A stretch of 50,843 nt of DNA from Cirrosporium novae-zelandiae (lineage: Eukaryota): the NCBI GenBank assembly GCA_026023565.1, contig JAPETS010000050.1, positions 124,001 through 174,843 on the forward strand, in the 5' to 3' direction. Both the position numbers and the translations under genes were made by a program. A model generated the notes under the pieces. The model had not been told where the DNA came from. It did no database searches and saw nothing but the letters and a program-made list of their open reading frames with translations. Positions 1 to 10,960 of this stretch are shown here, in pieces (position 1 is the first letter of the stretch; every line of letters starts with the position of its first letter).

Positions 1-865
1 CCCTATTTCCCATCTTTTCTCTCCTTAACTTAAACACCTCTCCCCCCTCTCCTTTTTTTTTCTAATAAAAATAAAACCAATTCCGACAGTAACTGGTGCG
101 GATGGGAACACAAGGGTGCACGGGCAAAACCATTGTCATTGATTATTGGTATTAGCGGAGTTTGTTTAGGTAAAGGAGAGGAGAGGAGAGGAGGGGGAGA
201 AAAGAAGGCAAAAACCATGCTTCAATGAAGTTGGAATGAGAGAAAATGGGATAAGAGGATTTTTGATTGAATATGGGTATTTGGTATTTGTGTATAAAGC
301 TGCGGACACTCTCTACCTAGTCTACTGTACAATATATAATTACCGTTTCCGAATCCCCCCCAAAAAATATACCGACCAGTTTAGTCTAGTTAGACTTTGG
401 TAATTTAAACTCACAAAAAGCTAAGCCCCGTTGGGTTGGGAAGGGAAGGGGGGAACAAATCAAGTTTCGCTTAAACGCCGAAAAAAGCTCCCTCCGTCCC
501 ACGTTGAACGCGCCCTAAAGCCTAAACATTAAAGCTAAACCGTAAAATAACTGTGTGTGTGGCATAATATTCTCGAGAAATGGCATAAGAGAGAAAGTTG
601 GGTGGATCCCCCCCCCCTCCCCGGAATTGATAGGTTAGTTTTCCTTTTTCCTTAGAAATTGCTTTGTGAGAAAAAGAAAAAAAATAGTGCAAGCTTCTTG
701 GAAAAGCACGCGATTAATTCAAATCTCGTGTTCCATGGTTCGGAAAGATAGAAATGGGCCAAATGTAAAATGAAATGCCCCCCTGATGACGGCCCTGGCG
801 GCTTTGGTACGGAATCAATTTTTTTTTTATTTTTTTTTAATTCTTCGAAATGGTATCGGATAGGA

Positions 866-2298
866 TCATGACCCTCCTAGAAGGGGACCTTCACTCTTCT
901 CATCTTCTTCAAACAAGAAAGATTCTAGCTTCGCAGTCACCCTTCCGCACCAGGAATCGACATAGGTCGTCCAGGCCCACGCGCAGCAATACACAAGTAC
1001 GACCCAGATTGGTATACAGATGATGAATCTCCAAGGTCCTCCTTGAGGTAGATATGCGACAGGGACTTCTTCGCCCGCCTCGTTCGTTGTCATTTCCCAC
1101 GGTTGTCCCGAGACTCCATAGATCATCCAGACAAAAACAATACGAAGGAGTGTTCCATGTACAAGGTAGACAGCGAAGCTGTTCTTGCCTAGCCAAAGAA
1201 AGTATTTGGTGGACAGAAAATCCTTGGCAATGCTAGACATGAACACAGAGAGGATCATCAGGTTAACTCCAAGGCCAGTAAAGCGTTTCGGCATGGATGG
1301 TACGAGCTCGGGGAAAATGTAGTGGGATAGAGCTTCGAGTTGGCGGGACCATGTGGCCCATTCGGGAAAGTCTTGAGGGTAAGATGAGAGGTAGAGGCCA
1401 AGACCTAGGGGAACGATAGCTGCGATGTTGAGAGCAACGCGGTGCTTTGACATCCACTGCTGCGCGGCAAAGTGTTGAGACATGTCACAAAGGAACATGG
1501 CAAGCATTAACTGTACGCCAAATTCCCCTAAAGCACGATTAGCACGTACGAGAGTAGTCGAACTGGATATACTTACCACTGTCGGGATGTGTATTCTGCC
1601 AAAAGTACATGTACATGCCAGTATATACGGCCAAACGAGCATAATATTTCATGAACATTGTCGCAACAAGAACCACATATACTTCGAATGCGCTCTTTAA
1701 GAAATGGATCAAGGCCCACTGGTGGTCGTCATATGGCATCCATCCGGTAGTCCAAGTAGAGAGGAAAACCTTCCAAAGCTGTACAAGAGCTTCCCAGACG
1801 TTGGGAGCAGGTTCAGGGCTCGAATAGCGCATCCAGCCAGAGTCGCATCTGTTGGCTACGGTGTAAGCTCCAAACTGGCATAGCATCCATGATGTGATCA
1901 AAATAATCGTTGCAGGAATGATCAGTCGAGGTGGACGGCGGAAAGCACTTTTTGCTATTGAGGTAAAGGCTGCATATTTATTTCCAGCTCGCGCAAGCTT
2001 CAGGGGTTTCAGAGCGCAGACGAAACCGGTAAGGAAAGCAAAGATGGGAACGGCTATTCTTCCTTGCCATGGGATCCGTAGTACTGGCAATTGCAGAATC
2101 CGAGGCGGTTCATCTTGACCTGTGGAGGCGGCGAATAATTCATAGTCCCAACCCCTTGCAAGATGAGTGCAGAGAACAAGGACAGATGCAATACCTCTCA
2201 GGCCCTATGAACATATTTAGCATGATATAATAGGATATTTTGGAGGGTTGGTATACCTCGATCCATTGGATCTTGGGCTTGGGTTTGTTAAGTTCCAT
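866..2298 (-). CDS. Acyltransferase family 3 (OafA-like, multi-pass membrane) protein; 3 exons (2298-2257, 2204-1577, 1527-866)
   Basis: Removing GT..AG introns 2256-2205 and 1576-1528 (the latter with a CTAAT branch site) joins the ORF fragments into MELNKPKPKIQWIE|GLRGIASVLVLCTHLARG...GRIAVPIFAFLTG...RRPPRL...WLGKNSFAVYLVH. These are the hallmark motifs of Acyl_transf_3, with many hydrophobic segments. Confidence 0.85.
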
Positions 2299-2965
2299 AT
2301 TCTTGGAATGCAAACCACTGACTTGGGTTGAAACCCTCAAATAATGGCAGTACTACCAACGATAAAAGAGCGTATAGAGCAAGGATTTAGATAGAAAAGG
2401 CCGATAAGCCTGCAGAAAATGATCGAGAAAGCTAACAGAAAGCGAAGAAAGCAAAGTTGCACGAGGTCAAAGAGAGCAATGTATGCACCCATAGACATAT
2501 TCAACATTATATACTGCTTTGATGGAAAGAGTAACGGGAGACAGCCGATCGCAACATGATTTTATGAAAAGGATCATCGTTGTACAGGAATAATTCCTCA
2601 TGACCATTTCTCCTGGTACCCAGCTGCCAAGAGCCTTAGTAGGCCGAAGGGAGGAATACGAGGTCTCCAGTACTGGCGGGCTATATACTGACAATTGAAA
2701 AACGGAATAGGATATTTAAACCTACTCTCAGATAAATCATTCATTGGAGGTTGCGATTGGTCCAGGGTGGTTAGTGAGGTTGCTTGTGGCCTTTATGTCA
2801 AACATTCCCTGCCAGCACGTCATTTTTTTAAGCATTCACACTATATTCGATAAATCATTCTTCTCTTTTTCAATATCGCATCATCATTTCCCTCAATCAA
2901 GTCAGACCTGGCTGACTGCCAAGAGACTTGGCGGGATTCCACCGCCGCCCCTTTACATGTAGATG

Positions 2966-3031
2966 ATAAATTCAAGATAAATTCAAGATAAATCCAAAAT
3001 AAATACCAAGATAAATACCAAGATAAATACC
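2966..3031. repeat. Imperfect 11-12 bp tandem repeat (GATAAATTCAA / GATAAATACCAA)
   Basis: About 6 adjacent units are readable directly. Confidence 0.85.
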
Positions 3032-4583
3032 AGCAATTTTCAGCACCAATTTCCATTCAGATTTTGAACGAGGCTGTAGTTATTCAATAAAGGGAAAGGG
3101 GTAACGATATACTGTACACAGTGGACAGCCATTGAGGCACCTAGAGACATCAGAATGAACCCGTCAGGGTTGCTAAGAGATTTGCCATTCTATCGGCGTC
3201 TATCGATCGATTGCTGCGGGTACAGAAGGATTGAGGCTATAAGATCATAATCGGAGGCGAAATGAAGGTGGTTTATATCATCCTTTGTCCTCTGGATAGC
3301 AATGTAATACAAGCTTACCGATATGCTTCAGAACGTGGTTTCATTTATCCTCGTCGTGCCCTGACTTATGATGATCTTAATATGTACTGGGTCAGGGACT
3401 CAGGTAAGGGTGGCACTATGACACGGTAGGGTTATAGTGAGTGGGGTCTTGCTCCTTAGATCCCAATACTCGATCGTCTCTGACGAATACAGGTTAAAGA
3501 GGTTTTCTACCTCGGCCAATGTGCCATCACAAAAAGAATAATTACCGGTAATTCCAATTTCCTAGTAGATGTCCGATCTACACAGTGAAGGAATGGGTCA
3601 GGCCAAACAGACCGACCGGGTTTTGACGGCCTATTGTCTGGATTATTTTTGTTGTCAAGGTTTGTTAGGAGCTTGGGGGCATGAAGAATATCGGAGCTCG
3701 GGATTTTCAATTTTTGGGTTTCGCCTAGACCCAAAAAGGTATAATCCACTTGACCCGAATGCCCACCCGTTATCCCGTTGTATCCCGTTGTATCCCGTTG
3801 TACCCCTGAATTCCATCCTGGGGCCTCTATTAAGCACTGAGAGTTGGAGTCTAACTGGGAGTTGGTCTCTTTACCAAAAATCAGTTAACAATCACTCTTA
3901 GGCGCCAATTGTTGGGGGAACACAACTAAATTAAGTTAATCCCGTCCTCGGCCGAGCTTAACCCAAGAGTATGATGTCAATCGCAACGGGATCTCCTTGG
4001 GTCATTTTCAAGTCTCCCAAGTTTGGTATCCAATGAGAGAATATTTCTTCAGAACGCTCTCATAACGGTTATGAAAGCCCGCATTCAACCTAGAGAGAGC
4101 GCGAAAAGAGCAGGGATAGAGATCGTAGAAGCAGGTAGGCAGAGCATGAAGTCTGAACAATCAACAAGGCCATCCAAATCACTACATCACTTCCATGTAA
4201 CTGCTAGGCAGCTGTGAGATAGTCGATGGCGATTAATCCCAAACTCCAGCACTCACATAGCTAGGCAGCAGTATGCATCCCCCTCTTCCTCTCCGCATAT
4301 CGATGATCGAGAACTAAATCCGATCTATATCCGAGGTTTAAAAGCAAGAAAAAAAGTATACAGAAAATATTGTATGTGATTGGTTTATTGCGGGACATGT
4401 GTATCACAACATTGGTATGTCCGATCCGAGTGTCCGGGGTGATGGGATATAAAAATGAGGTGGGTGTAGCTGTCTAGAGATTCAAAAGCCAGTAAAGCAA
4501 TCTATTCCATGTACTCTAGCACAAAACCCCATCAATTGATAAAGATCTTTTCGAAAATCAACATTCCTAAGACGATTACCACC

Positions 4584-5318
4584 ATGTCAGTCCAAAACAT
4601 CTTCACGGGCTCCTACTACGAGAAAGACCCTCGCTGGTCCGCTGTGGATGGCTACACGATCTCCCACCTACATCCTCCTACCCGCCCCAATCATGCCCCT
4701 CTCGTGCATGCCCTCGAACACGCCCGCGATGAAGGTCTCCCAGATATCGCCACCCAACCTGTTATGGGCAAGTTCCTCGCACTCCAATGCCGTATTGGAC
4801 GTGTCAAACATGCGCTGGAGATAGGCACTTTGGGGGCTTATACCAGCATTTGGCTAGCCACGGAGAATCCTGAGATTAAGGTGACGAGCGTGGAGGTAGA
4901 TCCTAAGCATGCGAGAGTTGCGAGGGAGAATATCGAGGCTGCCGGAGTGGGAGATAGAGTTGAAGTTGTGGAGGGGTCAGGGCTGGATGTCCTACCTAGA
5001 CTTGCGAAAGAAATCAAGGAGGGGAAGAGAGAGAAGTTTGGGTTTGTGTATATCGATGCCGATAAGCAGAATAACTGGGCATATTTCGATATGGCAGTGG
5101 GAATGTGTGAGATTGGAGGTTCGATCTATGTAGATAACATGGTATTTATGGGGGCGGTGGTTGCAGAGGAGCATCAGGGGGATGAGAGGATCAAAGGGAT
5201 ACGAAAAGTTATTGAGAATGCAGGGAAGGATAAGAGGGTTAATGCTGTTATAATGCAGACGGTTTGCGAGAAGACTTATGATGGGGTCTTGATTGCTGTT
5301 GTCGTGAAGAATGAGTAG
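4584..5318 (+). CDS. SAM-dependent O-methyltransferase family 3 (CCoAOMT/MdmC-like)
   Basis: Intronless ORF with LEIGTLGAYTSIWLA (SAM motif I), FVYIDADKQN, YVDNM and terminal YDG motifs. The likely start is ACC-ATG at 4584. Confidence 0.9.
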   Translation: MSVQNIFTGSYYEKDPRWSAVDGYTISHLHPPTRPNHAPLVHALEHARDEGLPDIATQPVMGKFLALQCRIGRVKHALEIGTLGAYTSIWLATENPEIKVTSVEVDPKHARVARENIEAAGVGDRVEVVEGSGLDVLPRLAKEIKEGKREKFGFVYIDADKQNNWAYFDMAVGMCEIGGSIYVDNMVFMGAVVAEEHQGDERIKGIRKVIENAGKDKRVNAVIMQTVCEKTYDGVLIAVVVKNE

Positions 5319-5881
5319 ATAGGAACTGCTTGGACGCATTCAAAGATGGTTGATGGCTAAGGATAGCTAAGAATGGCAAGCAGAAGGACTCTTCATACAT
5401 CTATCCAATTGATTAATTTCCAACTTAAATTCCCTGTAAAGACCGTCCAAGGTCAACTATCTGAAGACAGCCACAGATCCGAGACCACTTTCCTAGTGCT
5501 ATAATAGACCCAAGTTAGCATAGGTCCGTTGAGCTATCAAAGGGTGACTGGGCTACTGAGTAATCCAGTATTGCATGTTATATTAAGCATGGTGCAGTGC
5601 GTAACTCAACAAGGTCTAAGAGAGCCAACCTACAGAGCCAACAACCATCCTGCCGCAAGAAATGATTTTGACTGCAAGGCTGCTTGCTTATGTCATATTT
5701 TTGGATCATTAGATTGTTCTCGCCGGCTGCTATAAGTTCAAATATATTCTCCTTCACCGAAATATACCCTAGTCTCATTAGGTTGCTAAGAGGAGGGCTC
5801 GCTGAAAATGTTAATGAGATTAGATAAGCGGCCGGCATTAGGGATAACGAAGATGGGACTACTGAGGGAAAGGAAAAGAAG

Positions 5882-6160
5882 AGGCCATACGGTTCGTTAA
5901 GTTATTATAAATTACCAAAGAGCCTCGAAGAGTATTGGTTTTTAATCTAATCAATACACCTCTCCCGAGGTTGAGATTTTTCGTATATATTAGTTCTAGA
6001 ACTACTATAGACTAGGTATTTATATAGTAGAATATTATAACGTAAACGATGACTAATTTAATAAGCCGTTCGCAGTTTTATAATATGATTGTTTATATTT
6101 AGGTTTGTATGGTTTAATCTTTGAGACAAATATATAGCTACCGGGAGAATCAACCAGGTA
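5882..6160 (-). pseudogene. Degenerate 5' fragment (~280 nt) of the 18S rRNA gene
   Basis: The reverse complement reads TACCTGGTTGATTCT...TTGTCTCAAAGATTAA...AAACTGCGAACGGCTTATTAAAT...TTCTAGAACTAATA...ATTAGATTAAAAACCAAT...CGTATGGCCT. This is colinear with the universal 18S 5' end but carries many C>T/G>A changes and is truncated. Confidence 0.93.
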
Positions 6161-6400
6161 GCTATCCTTATAAAAACCCTTACGAAGGAGGTCTGGAATA
6201 GCCACGAGAAAGGACACAGGCCTAGAAGAGGCTCAAAGCCCCCGAGAGCACCCACGTCAACGGCGGAGGGAACCGCCGCGGACCAAACGGCCTGTCGAGC
6301 AGCACCCCTACGCGCGCCATCCATTTGCCCCCACAGAGTTCCCCAGGGCTCGATCCGTCGCAGGGACACCTCGGGCACCCCCATCAGGGGTAACCCAAAT
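6161..6400 (-). other. Probable rDNA 5' external transcribed spacer remnant
   Basis: GC-rich stretch contiguous with, and immediately upstream of, the 18S start. The assignment rests on position only. Confidence 0.55.
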
Positions 6401-6718
6401 CCTTAATCATATTATAGTAGAGCGGGTTCACATGCTCAGTAGAAGGTAGAAGGGGGGCGCTGAACGCATGGGGTAAAAGGATTCTTAATTGAATAAACAC
6501 AAAGTCTAGTAAGGGAAATTATTTATTGAATAATTCTAAAGGAAATTTCATTGCATTCTCTAGAAAAGTTATGAGGGAGAGAAGAAAGCTGTTTTATACC
6601 AATACGGAACAAAGATACCCCCGGGTCACCGATGAAGTAGACCCTCGCTGAGAGCCTAGTCTATGTCGCTGCCTAGTTGAACAGGCAAGTAGGGTTGTCG
6701 CCCTACTCGATCACAATA

Positions 6719-7800
6719 TCAAAAACATATGCAGGGCTCGCAGAAACATTTCGCTGGTCTTTCTTCCTTGCGGTTGAAACATAGCCGTAGCCATCCGTCC
6801 GGGTGTAGAAAGACACAGGTCACGCGGTCGTTGGAGGGCCCGTGGCCAGAACAGGAGGACAAATCTCCGTTACCGTAGACGCTATACGATCTGTTCTCTA
6901 TCACTGTGGCGAAACGACCGTGTTGAATCCCGTTAATGCAGCCCAACTCCCCGGCCTCGTTTCTGAAGGTGCGCCCATTATTGCAGGCGTGGGAAAAAGG
7001 GGATTGGTCAGCCCGCCCGGTTCCCTCTAGCTGCCCTACCAGTTGCTGCCAGTTTGATTCGGTCGGCGTGCTGATGAAGCATAGTAATCTCACAATCCTG
7101 ATACCTACTAGTTTTTTCACCGTTTTCCCGTCTGGGCCGGCCTAAATCTGCATGATGTCATTGCTCGCCATCCAACATGATCCCGGGGGATCCTTTCACC
7201 CATTGCAGCGGCCACCACCTGCCCCAGGTTGTAGCACTTGTTGTACCAACAAGCCGAGCTTTTGTAGCGTTCGGGGGGATGGAGAGGGGCGCGCACAGTG
7301 TTTGCTTGGATTTCACCAAAGATGGGGGTGTGTAGGGTAGCATCGTACAGCTTTTGGAAACAGGCGAATGTTGTCTGGAAAACATAATTCGCGGTCCCGA
7401 TGAGGTCCTCGTGGTCTGGTATATCGGCAGGAAGGAATGGGTAGATGGGTAGGGGCCGCTGAGTATGTGGAATCCGTAAAGCTTGTATCGCTGGTGTGGC
7501 TGGTTGGTTAGGCATTTTTGGCATTACTGGCATCGTTGGTATTGTTGGTATCGCTGGAGGAGTGAACATAGCGGGTGAAGCTGGCGAGGCTGGAAGGCGC
7601 GAGTGTTTCTGTAGGTAAAAGGATCAGCAACCCCCTAGAATCATTGTATCGGCTGTAGCGGGCAAAACTTACCTGCAATTCTCCAAAGTAGGATTCCCGC
7701 CGCTTTTGTTGCTGCTACTAGCTGCGAGGCTTGGGACAGGACGGAGCGGAGAGCTCTAGCTTTGGTAATTGTAATGTCCATGAGCTAGGTGATCGTTTTC
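6719..7800 (-). pseudogene. RIP-damaged gene with C-terminal His-Me finger / His-Cys-box-like (homing-endonuclease zinc-loop) domain
   Basis: Canonical intron 7672-7609 (GTAAGT..GCTGAT..TACAG) joins QKRRESYFGELQ|KHSRLPASP in frame. The C-terminal frame has SCW...FSHACNN...GCINGIQH...ENRS(Y)SV(Y)GNG..CSGHG..CVF..CFCEPC. Stops lie at 7715-7720 (TAG TAG inside a CAG/CAA run), 7196-7198 and 7142-7144, and there is one frameshift. The 5' end is uncertain. Confidence 0.55.
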
Positions 7801-8473
7801 ATCGTTGATGGCGTCGGTACTTCACCCTCGACGAGGCAGTAGTGCAATTTGACGTGTAATAAAAATAACTTCAGTTTGTATTTGGAGCGTCGATATCCTG
7901 TAAAGCTAGTCTCTTCCCTATTGGCTTGTAGAAAGGCTGAAGGCTGTAGGAAAGTCTAGGAAAAATGAATAGACCCGAGCCCAATGAAAGAAAAACAAAG
8001 AGAGAGACCCGATCCCAAGGGAATGAGATTGAATAGAAGCATGATGAGAAAAAAGAAACAACAAGTAGACAAAGCCAGAGAATATAAGTACTTAGGAACA
8101 ATAGGAACAATGAAGGCTCCTGCCAGAATTGGATACTCCAATGAGCCAACTCGTTGAATGTAGTAGTAATTAGTACGCAATTTGGTTTATTCTGGGGGTG
8201 CTTTCCTCGAAGCTCTTGTTTCTGATCCTGTCGTTTTGATGCTATTGTTTTGTTCTTATTGTGCTGGAGCTCTTACTTCAAGTGTCGCTTATTCTATTTC
8301 ATTATGGCCTGAGGTTCTTTCGTTTTGTATTATGGCTCGTGGTGGCCTAAGGCTCTCCAATCAATCAATCATTATTGTAGTAGGGATGACGTCATTTACA
8401 ACCGAGTGCATCACATCCCCCTCCCCAACACACGACGTCTTACTATGCCACACAATTCACCTTGAGATCAGCT

Positions 8474-10630
8474 ATGATGAAAGAATCTCATGTCTGGAGA
8501 AGTAATCAATTATGCTCAACATGCCAAAATGTAAATTTCAAATCCCTTATCCATCCAGACGAACCGTTCGGCAAGACTCAAAGAACAGAGTGGAAGGTGG
8601 CAGATATCAAAAGCTCAGTCTTGTGTCCCTTTTGCAGGCTTTTGGTTCAATTATTTCGACAGGAACAACGGCCATCTCTAGATATGATAGAGTCAGGAAC
8701 TTGCTTCATGTATCCCGAATATTTTGGCTCGTATAGATACGCTCATAATCCGAGTGTTGAGTACCCTACTTACCATCTTTCGGTGGGTTTGTGGTCGGCC
8801 GATGGCGGAGAGAGTAATCCGCCGCTTCATCAGATATATGGTCTAGCCTATGATGATGATGATGATAATTATGATACCAAAAGCCCCTCTTTATTTCAAG
8901 GGAGATTGATGGGCCGGCAAATAGATATACAAATGCTCAAAACCTGGCTCTCAATTTGTACCAAAGAGCACTGTGCTACATGCCAACCTGATGTCGTACC
9001 TCGTGAAGTTGGATTAGCACTGAAAGTCATCGACGTGACCCGGTGCTGCATCATATTTGCGCCATCTAACTGTAGGTATCTAGCATTAAGCTATGTATGG
9101 AGGGATATTTCCCAGCTGGAACTAACAGAAGATACGCAGCATCGATTGATGGAAGATAATGGGCTATCGACTACTGAACAGCAGTCTCGACGAGTTCCTA
9201 AATCAATCTGGGATGCGATCGAGCTAACGCGACAACTTGGAGAGAGATATCTTTGGGTCGACGCCTTGTGCATAAAGCAGGACGATGAAGCGGATAAGCG
9301 CCTTCTGATCAACAATATGGACGTTATATATTCTAGTGCTATATTTACAATTGTGGCTGCTGCCGGCAAAGATGCAGACGCCGGTCTTCCCGGTTTGCAT
9401 CTAGACTCCTCCCGGCCTGTCCTGGATGCGATCGAAAACATTCAAGGTCTAAATCTTGGAATCGCACGCCGTCCATTTGTCGATTCCATCACCGAGTCAA
9501 CATGGGAAGAACGAGGCTGGACTTTTCAAGAAAAAATTCTTTCGAAACGATTGATGATATTCACAGACGAACAAGTCTTCTTCCACTGCAACGAAGCGAC
9601 ATGGTTTGAAGACACTATTCTTGAAAAACACGATCCGGACATACAGATCCAAACACCATGGTACGGCCATCGTGAATGGGTTAAGCCCAGATCCAACACC
9701 TCGAAATTCGACAAATACGGTGGTCTTCTGGATGGCTACTTGCACCGGGATCTCACCTACGAGTCCGACATCTTAAACGCTTTCCAAGGAATCCTAAACG
9801 CTCTCACCCCTCTCTTCGAAGGAGGTTTCTTCTGGGGCCTGCCCACTTGCCTATTCGACGCTGCGCTGCTCTGGCGAACCAGCCACAGCCTGAAGTCAAG
9901 ACGTCCCAACTTCCCCAGCTGGTCCTGGCTAGGTTGGAAGCAGTATTCTATAGGCTATTCAGAGCTCCTACACAAAAGTACCGCATCAGAGATTGACTGG
10001 TTTCAAGCATCATCATCCTGTGGCGATGGTGATGGTATAGACCAAATCATCCGTATTCCTAATTCCGAGAGCCTAAGATACGAGACCCGGAGACAGGGAT
10101 GCTCTAATAGCAACACATCGCCGGGGGAGGAAGAACTTTGCACCCAATGGAAGAAACGACATGATAGCAAAAAAATCTCCACAGCAGAAAATTACATCCA
10201 TACAACCATCCACCCACCTCCTTCCCACCTCCTATTCTTCTGGACCAGCAGCGCCATTCTCCCCGTAGACCACCTCAACCCCAAACCCACCAATAGCCCT
10301 AACTCTACCCCCCACAACCACACCTACTCAATTCTAGCCCCCCACCCCACCACCTCCACCAATATTGCAAAAATAACCCTCGACCCAAACTGGCGAGAAA
10401 CCCAACCCGACACTCTCGAATTTATCGTCATATCCCGAGATATCCGTCCAAACTACTTACAACGGAAAGAAAATCCTCCTCAGCAACGACAACAAAGGCT
10501 GAATATCATGCTCATCAAATACCAAACTGAGGGAATCGCATCCCGGGTCCAACTTCCCCAGGACTCGGTTTTAGAAGCTCAATGGAACGAGTTGCCTAAT
10601 CTGAAGTGGAAGTTTGTTGTTTTGGGGTGA
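8474..10630 (+). CDS. Heterokaryon incompatibility (HET domain, TOL-like) protein
   Basis: Intronless ~718 aa ORF with N-terminal CxxC pairs and HET motifs YLALSYVW, DAIELTRQLGERYLWVDALCIKQDD, MDVIYSSA, WEERGWTFQEKILSKR, DILNAFQG and FPSWSWLGW. Confidence 0.93.
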   Translation: MMKESHVWRSNQLCSTCQNVNFKSLIHPDEPFGKTQRTEWKVADIKSSVLCPFCRLLVQLFRQEQRPSLDMIESGTCFMYPEYFGSYRYAHNPSVEYPTYHLSVGLWSADGGESNPPLHQIYGLAYDDDDDNYDTKSPSLFQGRLMGRQIDIQMLKTWLSICTKEHCATCQPDVVPREVGLALKVIDVTRCCIIFAPSNCRYLALSYVWRDISQLELTEDTQHRLMEDNGLSTTEQQSRRVPKSIWDAIELTRQLGERYLWVDALCIKQDDEADKRLLINNMDVIYSSAIFTIVAAAGKDADAGLPGLHLDSSRPVLDAIENIQGLNLGIARRPFVDSITESTWEERGWTFQEKILSKRLMIFTDEQVFFHCNEATWFEDTILEKHDPDIQIQTPWYGHREWVKPRSNTSKFDKYGGLLDGYLHRDLTYESDILNAFQGILNALTPLFEGGFFWGLPTCLFDAALLWRTSHSLKSRRPNFPSWSWLGWKQYSIGYSELLHKSTASEIDWFQASSSCGDGDGIDQIIRIPNSESLRYETRRQGCSNSNTSPGEEELCTQWKKRHDSKKISTAENYIHTTIHPPPSHLLFFWTSSAILPVDHLNPKPTNSPNSTPHNHTYSILAPHPTTSTNIAKITLDPNWRETQPDTLEFIVISRDIRPNYLQRKENPPQQRQQRLNIMLIKYQTEGIASRVQLPQDSVLEAQWNELPNLKWKFVVLG

Positions 10631-10699
10631 AGAGGGAAGGGGGGTAGCCGCAGCAAGCACACATACACTCATAAAGCCATCTAAAGTAGTGGGGGTGAG

Positions 10700-10960
10700 A
10701 TAGCTCTAAAGGCGGGTTCGGAAGAAGAGGGAAAGAAGGAAAGCGAGTAGAGAGAGACTAGATTTAAGAGAGTGCTGTTTGTGAGGGTGTCTGGGAACCG
10801 GGAGGTGATGACTCCTTCGCGGGTGGAGATCGTGTGAGGGGAGAATGAAAAGGGGGGCGTCGTTTTCGGTCCAGCCAGTTAAGAGGCCGATGTTCTTTTG
10901 TGAAGCAGCCTTCGCGGAGGAGTTTCGATAATGCCGCGGGAGATAAACGTACTGGGAGAG
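10700..10960 (-). pseudogene. Internal fragment of a type-B carboxylesterase gene
   Basis: Across a frameshift it reads PAALSKLLREGCFTK/NIGLLTGWTENDAPLF, resembling the carboxylesterase 'P..l...G.f..v.ll.G.t..E/D...F' segment. No start or flanking exons are visible. Confidence 0.55.

Noticed and set aside
3480..3960. Possible MITE or DNA-transposon relic (hairpin TTTTTGGGT..ACCCAAAAA at ~3711-3737, tandem TATCCCGTTG)
   Set aside because: No terminal inverted repeats, TSD or transposase similarity could be established.
5838..5847. TAGGGATAAC, half of the I-SceI site, beside the rDNA fragment
   Set aside because: A 10-nt match is compatible with chance, the second half is absent, and I-SceI belongs to an unrelated nuclease family.
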